Assembly (NCBI GenBank): GCA_032718475.1 | Contig: JAUCBJ010006290.1 | Location: 1 to 46,002, forward strand | DNA: 46,002 bases | Origin: Nemertoderma westbladi | Taxonomy: Eukaryota; Animalia; Xenacoelomorpha | Direction: 5' to 3' | Part shown: in pieces, positions 1-15,000 of the stretch | How the letters are laid out: every line of letters begins with the position of its first letter | How positions within the stretch are numbered: the stretch's first letter is position 1 | The notes under the pieces: model-generated | Told to the model about the DNA's origin: nothing | Databases searched by the model: none | The model's input: the letters and a program-made list of their open reading frames with translations, nothing else | Made by a program: the position numbers and the translations under genes

Positions 1-3000
1 TAGATATTCGGTGCGTTACAAACAAGTTACATTGATATTCGGTATGTTACAAACAAGTTACATAGATATTCGGTACGTTACAAACAAGTTACATAGATAT
101 TCGGTACGTTACAAACAAGTTACATCGATATTCGGTACGTTACAAACATTACATTGATATTCGGTACGTTACAAACAAGTTACATTGATATTCGGTACGT
201 TACAAACAAGTTACATAGATATTCGGTGCGTTACAAACAAGTTATATCGATATTCGGTACGTTACAAACAAGTTACATCGATATTCGGTACGTTACAAAC
301 AAGTTACATAGATATTCGGTGCGTTACAAACATTACATAGATATTCGGTATGTTACAAACAAGTTACATAGATATTCGGTACGTTACAAACAAGTTACAT
401 CGATATTCGGTACGTTACAAACATTACATTGATATTCGGTACGTTACAAACAAGTTACATTGATATTCGGTACGTTACAAACAAGTTACATAGATATTCG
501 GTACGTTACAAACAAGTTACATAGATATTCGGTACGTTACAAACAAGTTACATAGATATTCGGTACGTTACAAACAAGTTACATCGATATTCGGTACGTT
601 ACAAACAAGTTACATTGATATTCGGTACGTTACAAACAAGTTACATAGATATTCGGTACGTTACAAACAAGTTACATAGATATTCGGTACGTTACAAACA
701 AGTTACATAGATATTCGGTACGTTACAAACAAGTTACATCGATATTCGGTACGTTACAAACATTACATTGATATTCGGTACGTTACAAACAAGTTACATT
801 GATATTCGGTACGTTACAAACAAGTTACATAGATATTCGGTACGTTACAAACAAGTTACATAGATATTCGGTACGTTACAAACAAGTTACATTGATATTC
901 GGTACGTTACAAACAAGTTACATCGATATTCGGTACGTTACAAACAAGTTACATCGATATTCGGTACGTTACAAACAAGTTACATCGATATTCGGTACGT
1001 TACAAACAAGTTACATAGATATTCGGTGCGTTACAAACAAGTTACATTGATATTCGGTACGTTACAAACAAGTTACATTGATATTCGGTACGTTACAAAC
1101 AAGTTACATATATATTCGGTACGTTACAAACAAGTTACATAGATATTCGGTACGTTACAAACAAGTTACATAGATATTCGGTGCGTTACAAACATTACAT
1201 AGATATTCGGTATGTTACAAACAAGTTACATTGATATTCGGTACGTTACAAACAAGTTACATAGATATTCGGTGCGTTACAAACATTACATAGATATTCG
1301 GTATGTTACAAACAAGTTACATTGATATTCGGTACGTTACAAACAAGTTACATAGATATTCGGTACGTTACAATTACAAACAAGTTACATAGATATTCGG
1401 TACGTTACAAACATTACATAGATATTCGGTACGTTACAAACAAGTTACATCGATATTCGGTACGTTACAAACAAGTTACATAGATATTCGGTGCGTTACA
1501 AACATTACATAGATATTCGGTACGTTACAAACATTACATAGATATTCGGTACGTTACAAACAAGTTACATAGATATTCGGTACGTTACAAACAAGTTACA
1601 TAGATATTCGGTGCGTTACAAACATTACATAGATATTCGGTACGTTACAAACAAGTTACATTGATATTCGGTACGTTACAAACAAGTTACATAGATATTC
1701 GGTACGTTACAAACAAGTTACATAGATATTCGGTACGTTACAAACAAGATACATTGATATTCGGTACGTTACAAACAAGTTACATCGATATTCGGTACGT
1801 TACAAACAAGTTACATAGATATTCGGTGCGTTACAAACAAGTTACATAGATATTCGGTGCGTTACAAACAAGATACATTGATATTCGGTACGTTACAAAC
1901 AAGTTACATTGATATTCGGTACGTTACAAACAAGATACATTGATATTCGGTAAGTTACAAACAAGTTACATCGATATTCGGTACGTTACAAACAAGTTAC
2001 ATAGATATTCGGTGCGTTACAAACAAGTTACATAGATATTCGGTGCGTTACAAACAAGTTACATTGATATTCGGTACGTCACAAACAAGTTACATAGATA
2101 TTCGGTACGTTACAAACAAGTTACATAGATATTCGGTACGTTACAAACAAGTTACATAGATATTCGGTGCGTTACAAACAAGTTACATAGATATTCGGTG
2201 CGTTACAAACAAGTTACATTGATATTCGGTACGTTACAAACAAGTTACATAGATATTCGGTATGTTACAAACAAGTTACATTGATATTCGGTACGTTACA
2301 AACAAGTTATATCGATATTCGGTACGTTACAAACAAGTTACATAGATATTCGGTACGTTACAAACAAGTTACATAGATATTCGGTATGTTACAAACAAGT
2401 TACATTGATATTCGGTGCGTTACAAACAAGTTACATAGATATTCGGTACGTTACAAACAAGTTACATTGATATTCGGTACGTTACAAACAAGTTACATTG
2501 ATATTCGGTACGTTACAAACAAGTTACATAGATATTCGGTACGTTACAAACAAGTTACATTGATATTCGGTACGTTACAAACAAGTTACATAGATATTCG
2601 GTACGTTACAAACAAGTTACATTGATATTCGGTACGTTACAAACAAGTTACATTGATATTCGGTACGTTACAAACAAGTTATATCGATATTCGGTACGTT
2701 ACAAACAAGTTACATAGATATTCGGTACGTTACAAACAAGTTACATAGATATTCGGTATGTTACAAACAAGTTACATTGATATTCGGTGCGTTACAAACA
2801 AGTTACATAGATATTCGGTACGTTACAAACAAGTTACATAGATATTCGGTACGTTACAAACAAGTTACATTGATATTCGGTACGTTACAAACAAGTTACA
2901 TTGATATTCGGTACGTTACAAACAAGTTATATCGATATTCGGTACGTTACAAACAAGTTACATAGATATTCGGTACGTTACAAACAAGTTACATAGATAT

Positions 3001-6000
3001 TCGGTATGTTACAAACAAGTTACATTGATATTCGGTGCGTTACAAACAAGTTACATAGATATTCGGTGCGTTACAAACAAGTTACATTGATATTCGGTAC
3101 GTTACAAATAAGTTACATTGATATTCGGTACGTTACAAACAAGTTATATCGATATTCGGTACGTTACAAACAAGTTACATAGATATTCGGTACGTTACAA
3201 ACAAGTTACATAGATATTCGGTACGTTACAAACAAGTTACATAGATATTCGGTATGTTACAAACAAGTTACATAGATATTCGGTACGTTACAAACAAGTT
3301 ACATAGATATTCGGTGCGTTACAAACAAGTTACATTGATATTCGGTACGTTACAAACAAGTTATATCGATATTCGGTACGTTACAAACAAGTTACATAGA
3401 TATTCGGTACGTTACAAACAAGTTACATAGATATTCGGTTCGTTACAAACAAGTTACATAGATATTCGGTACGTTACAAACAAGTTACATAGATATTCGG
3501 TACGTTACAAACAAGTTACATAGATATTCGGTACGTTACAAACAAGTTACATTGATATTCGGTACGTTACAAACAAGTTACATAGATATTCGGTACGTTA
3601 CAAACAAGTTACATAGATATTCGGTACGTTACAATTACAAACAAGTTACATAGATATTCGGTACGTTACAATTACAAACAAGTTACATAGATATTCGGTA
3701 CCTTACAATTACAAACAAGTTACATAGATATTCGGTACGTTACAAACAAGTTACATAGATATTCGGTGCGTTACAAACAAGTTACATAGATATTCGGTAC
3801 GTTACAATTACAAACAAGTTACATAGATATTCGGTACGTTACAATTACAAACAAGTTACATAGATATTCGGTACCTTACAATTACAAACAAGTTACATAG
3901 ATATTCGGTACGTTACAAACAAGTTACATAGATATTCGGTACGTTACAAACAAGTTACATAGATATTCGGTACCTTACAATTACAAACAAGTTACATAGA
4001 TATTCGGTACGTTACAATTACAAACAAGTTACATTGATATTCGGTACCTTACAATTACAAACAAGTTACATAGATATTCGGTACGTTACAATTACAAACA
4101 AGTTACATAGATATTCGGTACCTTACAAACAAGTTACATAGATATTCGGTACGTTACAAACAAGTTACATAGATATTCGGTACGTTACAAACAAGTTACA
4201 TAGATATTCGGTTCGTTACAATTACAAACAAGTTACATAGATATTCGGTACCTTACAAACAAGTTACATAGATATTCGGTACGTTACAAACAAGTTACAT
4301 TGATATTCGGTACGTTATAAACAAGTTACATAGATATTCGGTACGTTACAAACAAGTTACATTGATATTCGGTACGTTATAAACAAGTTACATAGATATT
4401 CGGTACGTTACAAACAAGTTACATAGATATTCGGTACGTTACAATTACAAACAAGTTACATTGATATTCGGTACGTTACAATTACAAACAAGTTACATAG
4501 ATATTCGGTACGTTACAAACAAGTTACATTGATATTCGGTGCGTTACAAACAAGTTACATAGATATTCGGTGCGTTACAAACAAGTTACATTGATATTCG
4601 GTGCGTTACAAACAAGTTACATTGATATTCGGTACGTTACAAACAAGTTACATTGATATTCGGTACGTTACAAACAAGTTACATAGATATTCGGTACGTT
4701 ACAAACAAGTTACATTGATATTCGGTGCGTTACAAACAAGTTACATTGATATTCGGTGCGTTACAAACAAGTTACATAGATATTCGGTGCGTTACAAACA
4801 AGTTACATTGATATTCGGTACCTTACAAACAAGTTACATAGATATTCGGTACGTTACAAACAAGTTACATAGATATTCGGTACGTTACAAACAAGTTACA
4901 TCGATATTCGGTACGTTACAAACAAGTTACATTGATATTCGGTACGTTACAAACAAGTTACATAGATATTCGGTACGTTACAAACAAGTTACATAGATAT
5001 TCGGTACGTTACAAACAAGTTACATAGATATTCGGTACGTTACAAACAAGTTACATCGATATTCGGTACGTTACAAACATTACATTGATATTCGGTACGT
5101 TACAAACAAGTTACATTGATATTCGGTACGTTACAAACAAGTTACATAGATATTCGGTACGTTACAAACAAGTTACATAGATATTCGGTACGTTACAAAC
5201 AAGTTACATTGATATTCGGTACGTTACAAACAAGTTACATCGATATTCGGTACGTTACAAACAAGTTACATCGATATTCGGTACGTTACAAACAAGTTAC
5301 ATCGATATTCGGTACGTTACAAACAAGTTACATAGATATTCGGTGCGTTACAAACAAGTTACATTGATATTCGGTACGTTACAAACAAGTTACATTGATA
5401 TTCGGTACGTTACAAACAAGTTACATATATATTCGGTACGTTACAAACAAGTTACATAGATATTCGGTACGTTACAAACAAGTTACATAGATATTCGGTG
5501 CGTTACAAACATTACATAGATATTCGGTATGTTACAAACAAGTTACATTGATATTCGGTACGTTACAAACAAGTTACATAGATATTCGGTGCGTTACAAA
5601 CATTACATAGATATTCGGTATGTACAAACAAGTTACATTGATATTCGGTACGTTACAAACAAGTTACATAGATATTCGGTACGTTACAATTACAAACAAG
5701 TTACATAGATATTCGGTACGTTACAAACATTACATAGATATTCGGTACGTTACAAACAAGTTACATCGATATTCGGTACGTTACAAACAAGTTACATAGA
5801 TATTCGGTGCGTTACAAACATTACATAGATATTCGGTACGTTACAAACATTACATAGATATTCGGTACGTTACAAACAAGTTACATAGATATTCGGTACG
5901 TTACAAACAAGTTACATAGATATTCGGTGCGTTACAAACATTACATAGATATTCGGTACGTTACAAACAAGTTACATTGATATTCGGTACGTTACAAACA

Positions 6001-9000
6001 AGTTACATAGATATTCGGTACGTTACAAACAAGTTACATAGATATTCGGTACGTTACAAACAAGATACATTGATATTCGGTACGTTACAAACAAGTTACA
6101 TCGATATTCGGTACGTTACAAACAAGTTACATAGATATTCGGTGCGTTACAAACAAGTTACATAGATATTCGGTGCGTTACAAACAAGATACATTGATAT
6201 TCGGTACGTTACAAACAAGTTACATTGATATTCGGTACGTTACAAACAAGATACATTGATATTCGGTACGTTACAAACAAGTTACATCGATATTCGGTAC
6301 GTTACAAACAAGTTACATAGATATTCGGTGCGTTACAAACAAGTTACATAGATATTCGGTGCGTTACAAACAAGTTACATTGATATTCGGTACGTCACAA
6401 ACAAGTTACATAGATATTCGGTACGTTACAAACAAGTTACATAGATATTCGGTACGTTACAAACAAGTTACATAGATATTCGGTGCGTTACAAACAAGTT
6501 ACATAGATATTCGGTGCGTTACAAACAAGTTACATTGATATTCGGTACGTTACAAACAAGTTACATAGATATTCGGTATGTTACAAACAAGTTACATTGA
6601 TATTCGGTACGTTACAAACAAGTTATATCGATATTCGGTACGTTACAAACAAGTTACATAGATATTCGGTACGTTACAAACAAGTTACATAGATATTCGG
6701 TATGTTACAAACAAGTTACATTGATATTCGGTGCGTTACAAACAAGTTACATAGATATTCGGTACGTTACAAACAAGTTACATTGATATTCGGTACGTTA
6801 CAAACAAGTTACATTGATATTCGGTACGTTACAAACAAGTTACATAGATATTCGGTACGTTACAAACAAGTTACATTGATATTCGGTACGTTACAAACAA
6901 GTTACATAGATATTCGGTACGTTACAAACAAGTTACATTGATATTCGGTACGTTACAAACAAGTTACATTGATATTCGGTACGTTACAAACAAGTTATAT
7001 CGATATTCGGTACGTTACAAACAAGTTACATAGATATTCGGTACGTTACAAACAAGTTACATAGATATTCGGTATGTTACAAACAAGTTACATTGATATT
7101 CGGTGCGTTACAAACAAGTTACATAGATATTCGGTACGTTACAAACAAGTTACATAGATATTCGGTACGTTACAAACAAGTTACATTGATATTCGGTACG
7201 TTACAAACAAGTTACATTGATATTCGGTACGTTACAAACAAGTTATATCGATATTCGGTACGTTACAAACAAGTTACATAGATATTCGGTACGTTACAAA
7301 CAAGTTACATAGATATTCGGTATGTTACAAACAAGTTACATTGATATTCGGTGCGTTACAAACAAGTTACATAGATATTCGGTGCGTTACAAACAAGTTA
7401 CATTGATATTCGGTACGTTACAAATAAGTTACATTGATATTCGGTACGTTACAAACAAGTTATATCGATATTCGGTACGTTACAAACAAGTTACATAGAT
7501 ATTCGGTACGTTACAAACAAGTTACATAGATATTCGGTACGTTACAAACAAGTTACATAGATATTCGGTATGTTACAAACAAGTTACATAGATATTCGGT
7601 ACGTTACAAACAAGTTACATAGATATTCGGTGCGTTACAAACAAGTTACATTGATATTCGGTACGTTACAAACAAGTTATATCGATATTCGGTACGTTAC
7701 AAACAAGTTACATAGATATTCGGTACGTTACAAACAAGTTACATAGATATTCGGTTCGTTACAAACAAGTTACATAGATATTCGGTACGTTACAAACAAG
7801 TTACATAGATATTCGGTACGTTACAAACAAGTTACATAGATATTCGGTACGTTACAAACAAGTTACATTGATATTCGGTACGTTACAAACAAGTTACATA
7901 GATATTCGGTACGTTACAAACAAGTTACATAGATATTCGGTACGTTACAATTACAAACAAGTTACATAGATATTCGGTACGTTACAATTACAAACAAGTT
8001 ACATAGATATTCGGTACCTTACAATTACAAACAAGTTACATAGATATTCGGTACGTTACAAACAAGTTACATAGATATTCGGTGCGTTACAAACAAGTTA
8101 CATAGATATTCGGTACGTTACAATTACAAACAAGTTACATAGATATTCGGTACGTTACAATTACAAACAAGTTACATAGATATTCGGTACCTTACAATTA
8201 CAAACAAGTTACATAGATATTCGGTACGTTACAAACAAGTTACATAGATATTCGGTACGTTACAAACAAGTTACATAGATATTCGGTACCTTACAATTAC
8301 AAACAAGTTACATAGATATTCGGTACGTTACAATTACAAACAAGTTACATTGATATTCGGTACCTTACAATTACAAACAAGTTACATAGATATTCGGTAC
8401 GTTACAATTACAAACAAGTTACATAGATATTCGGTACCTTACAAACAAGTTACATAGATATTCGGTACGTTACAAACAAGTTACATAGATATTCGGTACG
8501 TTACAAACAAGTTACATAGATATTCGGTTCGTTACAATTACAAACAAGTTACATAGATATTCGGTACCTTACAAACAAGTTACATAGATATTCGGTACGT
8601 TACAAACAAGTTACATTGATATTCGGTACGTTATAAACAAGTTACATAGATATTCGGTACGTTACAAACAAGTTACATTGATATTCGGTACGTTATAAAC
8701 AAGTTACATAGATATTCGGTACGTTACAAACAAGTTACATAGATATTCGGTACGTTACAATTACAAACAAGTTACATTGATATTCGGTACGTTACAATTA
8801 CAAACAAGTTACATAGATATTCGGTACGTTACAAACAAGTTACATTGATATTCGGTGCGTTACAAACAAGTTACATAGATATTCGGTGCGTTACAAACAA
8901 GTTACATTGATATTCGGTGCGTTACAAACAAGTTACATTGATATTCGGTACGTTACAAACAAGTTACATTGATATTCGGTACGTTACAAACAAGTTACAT

Positions 9001-12000
9001 AGATATTCGGTACGTTACAAACAAGTTACATTGATATTCGGTGCGTTACAAACAAGTTACATTGATATTCGGTGCGTTACAAACAAGTTACATAGATATT
9101 CGGTGCGTTACAAACAAGTTACATTGATATTCGGTACCTTACAAACAAGTTACATAGATATTCGGTACGTTACAAACAAGTTACATTGATATTCGGTACG
9201 TTACAAACAAGTTACATTGATATTCGGTACGTTACAATTACAAACAAGTTACATTGATATTCGGTACGTTACAATTACAAACAAGTTACATAGATATTCG
9301 GTACGTTACAAACAAGTTACATTGATATTCGGTGCGTTACAAACAAGTTACATAGATATTCGGTGCGTTACAAACAAGTTACATTGATATTCGGTGCGTT
9401 ACAAACAAGTTACATTGATATTCGGTACGTTACAAACAAGTTACATTGATATTCGGTACGTTACAAACAAGTTACATAGATATTCGGTACGTTACAAACA
9501 AGTTACATTGATATTCGGTGCGTTACAAACAAGTTACATTGATATTCGGTGCGTTACAAACAAGTTACATTGATATTCGGTACGTTACAAACAAGTTACA
9601 TAGATATTCGGTACGTTACAAACAAGTTACATAGATATTCGGTACGTTACAATTACAAACAAGTTACATAGATATTCGGTACGTTACAATTACAAACAAG
9701 TTACATAGATATTCGGTACCTTACAATTACAAACAAGTTACATAGATATTCGGTACGTTACAATTACAAACAAGTTACATAGATATTCGGTACGTTACAA
9801 ACAAGTTACATAGATATTCGGTACGTTACAAACAAGTTACATAGATATTCGGTACCTTACAATTACAAACAAGTTACATAGATATTCGGTACGTTACAAT
9901 TACAAACAAGTTACATTGATATTCGGTACCTTACAATTACAAACAAGTTACATAGATATTCGGTACGTTACAATTACAAACAAGTTACATAGATATTCGG
10001 TACCTTACAAACAAGTTACATAGATATTCGGTACGTTACAAACAAGTTACATAGATATTCGGTACGTTACAAACAAGTTACATAGATATTCGGTTCGTTA
10101 CAATTACAAACAAGTTACATAGATATTCGGTACCTTACAAACAAGTTACATAGATATTCGGTACGTTACAAACAAGTTACATTGATATTCGGTACGTTAT
10201 AAACAAGTTACATAGATATTCGGTACGTTACAAACAAGTTACATTGATATTCGGTACGTTATAAACAAGTTACATAGATATTCGGTACGTTACAAACAAG
10301 TTACATAGATATTCGGTACGTTACAATTACAAACAAGTTACATTGATATTCGGTACGTTACAATTACAAACAAGTTACATAGATATTCGGTACGTTACAA
10401 ACAAGTTACATTGATATTCGGTGCGTTACAAACAAGTTACATAGATATTCGGTGCGTTACAAACAAGTTACATTGATATTCGGTGCGTTACAAACAAGTT
10501 ACATTGATATTCGGTACGTTACAAACAAGTTACATTGATATTCGGTACGTTACAAACAAGTTACATTGATATTCGGTGCGTTACAAACAAGTTACATAGA
10601 TATTCGGTACGTTACAAACAAGTTACATTGATATTCGGTGCGTTACAAACAAGTTACATAGATATTCGGTACGTTACAAACAAGTTACATAGATATTCGG
10701 TACCTTACAATTACAAACAAGTTACATAGATATTCGGTACGTTACAATTACAAACAAGTTACATTGATATTCGGTACGTTACAATTACAAACAAGTTACA
10801 TAGATATTCGGTACGTTACAAACAAGTTACATTGATATTCGGTGCGTTACAAACAAGTTACATAGATATTCGGTGCGTTACAAACAAGTTACATTGATAT
10901 TCGGTGCGTTACAAACAAGTTACATTGATATTCGGTACGTTACAAACAAGTTACATTGATATTCGGTACGTTACAAACAAGTTACATTGATATTCGGTGC
11001 GTTACAAACAAGTTACATAGATATTCGGTACGTTACAAACAAGTTACATTGATATTCGGTGCGTTACAAACAAGTTACATAGATATTCGGTACGTTACAA
11101 ACAAGTTACATAGATATTCGGTACCTTACAATTACAAACAAGTTACATAGATATTCGGTACGTTACAATTACAAACAAGTTACATTGATATTCGGTACGT
11201 TACAATTACAAACAAGTTACATAGATATTCGGTACGTTACAAACAAGTTACATTGATATTCGGTGCGTTACAAACAAGTTACATAGATATTCGGTGCGTT
11301 ACAAACAAGTTACATAGATATTCGGTTCGTTACAATTACAAACAAGTTACATCGATATTCGGTACGTTACAAACAAGTTACATCGATATTCGGTACGTTA
11401 CAAACAAGTTACATAGATATTCGGTACCTTACAAACAAGTTACATAGATATTCGGTACGTTGCAAACAAGTTACATTGATATTCGGTATGTTACAAACAA
11501 GTTACATAGATATTCGGTACGTTACAATTACAAACAAGTTACATAGATATTCGGTACCTTACAAACAAGTTACATAGATATTCGGTACGTTACAAACAAG
11601 TTACATCGATATTCGGTACGTTACAAACAAGTTACATCGATATTCGGTACGTTACAAACAAGTTACATAGATATTCGGTACGTTACAAACAAGTTACATC
11701 GATATTCGGTACGTTACAAACAAGTTACATAGATATTCGGTTCGTTACAAACAAGTTACATTGATATTCGGTACGTTATAAACAAGTTACATAGATATTC
11801 GGTACGTTACAAACAAGTTACATTGATATTCGGTACGTTATAAACAAGTTACATAGATTTTCGGTACGTTACAAACAAGTTACATAGATATTCGGTACCT
11901 TACAATTACAAACAAGTTACATAGATATTCGGTACGTTACAATTACAAACAAGTTACATTGATATTCGGTACCTTACAATTACAAACAAGTTACATAGAT

Positions 12001-15000
12001 ATTCGGTACGTTACAAACAAGTTACATTGATATTCGGTGCGTTACAAACAAGTTACATAGATATTCGGTACCTTACAATTACAAACAAGTTACATAGATA
12101 TTCGGTACGTTACAATTACAAACAAGTTACATTGATATTCGGTACCTTACAATTACAAACAAGTTACATAGATATTCGGTACGTTATAAACAAGTTACAT
12201 AGATATTCGGTACGTTACAAACAAGTTACATAGATATTCGGTACGTTACAATTACAAACAAGTTACATAGATATTCGGTACGTTACAATTACAAACAAGT
12301 TACATTGATATTCGGTACCTTACAATTACAAACAAGTTACATAGATATTCGGTACGTTACAAACAAGTTACATTGATATTCGGTGCGTTACAAACAAGTT
12401 ACATAGATATTCGGTGCGTTACAAACAAGTTACATAGATATTCGGTTCGTTACAATTACAAACAAGTTACATTGATATTCGGTACGTTACAAACAAGTTA
12501 ATAGATATTCGGTACGTTACAAACAAGTTACATAGATATTCGGTACATTACAAACAAGTTACATAGATATTCGGTACGTTGCAAACAAGTTACATTGATA
12601 TTCGGTATGTTACAAACAAGTTACATAGATATTCGGTACGTTACAATTACAAACAAGTTACATAGATATTCGGTACGTTGCAAACAAGTTACATTGATAT
12701 TCGGTATGTTACAAACAAGTTACATAGATATTCGGTACGTTACAATTACAAACAAGTTACATTGATATTCGGTACCTTACAATTACAAACAAGTTACATA
12801 GATATTCGGTACGTTACAAACAAGATACATAGATATTCGGTACGTTACAAACAAGTTACATTGATATTCGGTACGTTACAAACAAGATACATAGATATTC
12901 GGTACGTTACAAACAAGTTACATTGATATTCGGTACGTCACAAACAGGTTACATAGATATTCGGTACGTTACAAACAAGATACATAGATATTCGGTACGT
13001 TACAAACAAGATACATAGATATTCGGTACGTTACAAACAAGTTACATTGATATTCGGTACGTCACAAACAGGTTACATAGATATTCGGTACGTTACAATT
13101 ACAAACAAGTTACATAGATATTCGGTACCTTACAAACAAGTTACATAGATATTCGGTACGTTACAAACAAGTTACATAGATATTCGGTACGTTACAAACA
13201 AGTTACATAGATATTCGGTACCTTACAATTACAAACAAGTTACATAGATATTCGGTACGTTACAATTACAAACAAGTTACATTGATATTCGGTACCTTAC
13301 AAACAAGTTACATAGATATTCGGTACGTTACAAACAAGTTACATTGATATTCGGTACGTTACAAACAAGTTACATAGATATTCGGTACGTTACAAACAAG
13401 TTACATTGATATTCGGTTCGTTACAATTACAAACAAGTTACATAGATATTCGGTACCTTACAAACAAGTTACATTGATATTCGGTACGTTACAAACAAGT
13501 TATATCGATATTCGGTACGTTACAAACAAGTTACATAGATATTCGGTACGTTACAAACAAGTTACATAGATATTCGGTTCGTTACAAACAAGTTACATAG
13601 ATATTCGGTACGTTACAAACAAGTTACATAGATATTCGGTACGTTACAAACAAGTTACATAGATATTCGGTACGTTACAAACAAGTTACATTGATATTCG
13701 GTACGTTACAAACAAGTTACATAGATATTCGGTACGTTACAAACAAGTTACATAGATATTCGGTACGTTACAATTACAAACAAGTTACATAGATATTCGG
13801 TACGTTACAATTACAAACAAGTTACATAGATATTCGGTACCTTACAATTACAAACAAGTTACATAGATATTCGGTACGTTACAATTACAAACAAGTTACA
13901 TAGATATTCGGTACGTTACAAACAAGTTACATAGATATTCGGTTCGTTACAATTACAAACAAGTTACATAGATATTCGGTACGTTACAATTACAAACAAG
14001 TTACATAGATATTCGGTACCTTACAATTACAAACAAGTTACATAGATATTCGGTACGTTACAATTACAAACAAGTTACATAGATATTCGGTACGTTACAA
14101 ACAAGTTACATAGATATTCGGTACGTTACAAACAAGTTACATAGATATTCGGTATGTTACAAACAAGTTACATAGATATTCGGTACGTTACAAACAAGTT
14201 ACATAGATATTCGGTACCTTACAATTACAAACAAGTTACATAGATATTCGGTACGTTACAATTACAAACAAGTTACATAGATATTCGGTACGTTACAAAC
14301 AAGTTACATAGATATTCGGTACGTTACAAACAAGTTACATAGATATTCGGTACCTTACAATTACAAACAAGTTACATAGATATTCGGTACGTTACAAACA
14401 AGTTACATAGATATTCGGTACGTTACAAACAAGTTACATAGATATTCGGTACGTTACAATTACAAACAAGTTACATAGATATTCGGTACGTTACAAACAA
14501 GTTACATAGATATTCGGTTCGTTACAATTACAAACAAGTTACATAGATATTCGGTACGTTACAAACAAGTTACATAGATATTCGGTACGTTACAAACAAG
14601 TTACATAGATATTCGGTACGTTACAAACAAGTTACATAGATATTCGGTACGTTACAAACAAGTTACATTGATATTCGGTACGTTACAAACAAGTTACATA
14701 GATATTCGGTTCGTTACAATTACAAACAAGTTACATAGATATTCGGTACGTTACAAACAAGTTACATAGATATTCGGTACGTTACAAACAAGTTACATAG
14801 ATATTCGGTACGTTACAAACAAGTTACATAGATATTCGGTGCGTTACAAACAAGTTACATTGATATTCGGTACGTTACAAACAAGTTACATTGATATTCG
14901 GTACGTTACAAACAAGTTACATATATATTCGGTACGTTACAAACAAGTTACATAGATATTCGGTACGTTACAAACAAGTTACATAGATATTCGGTACGTT

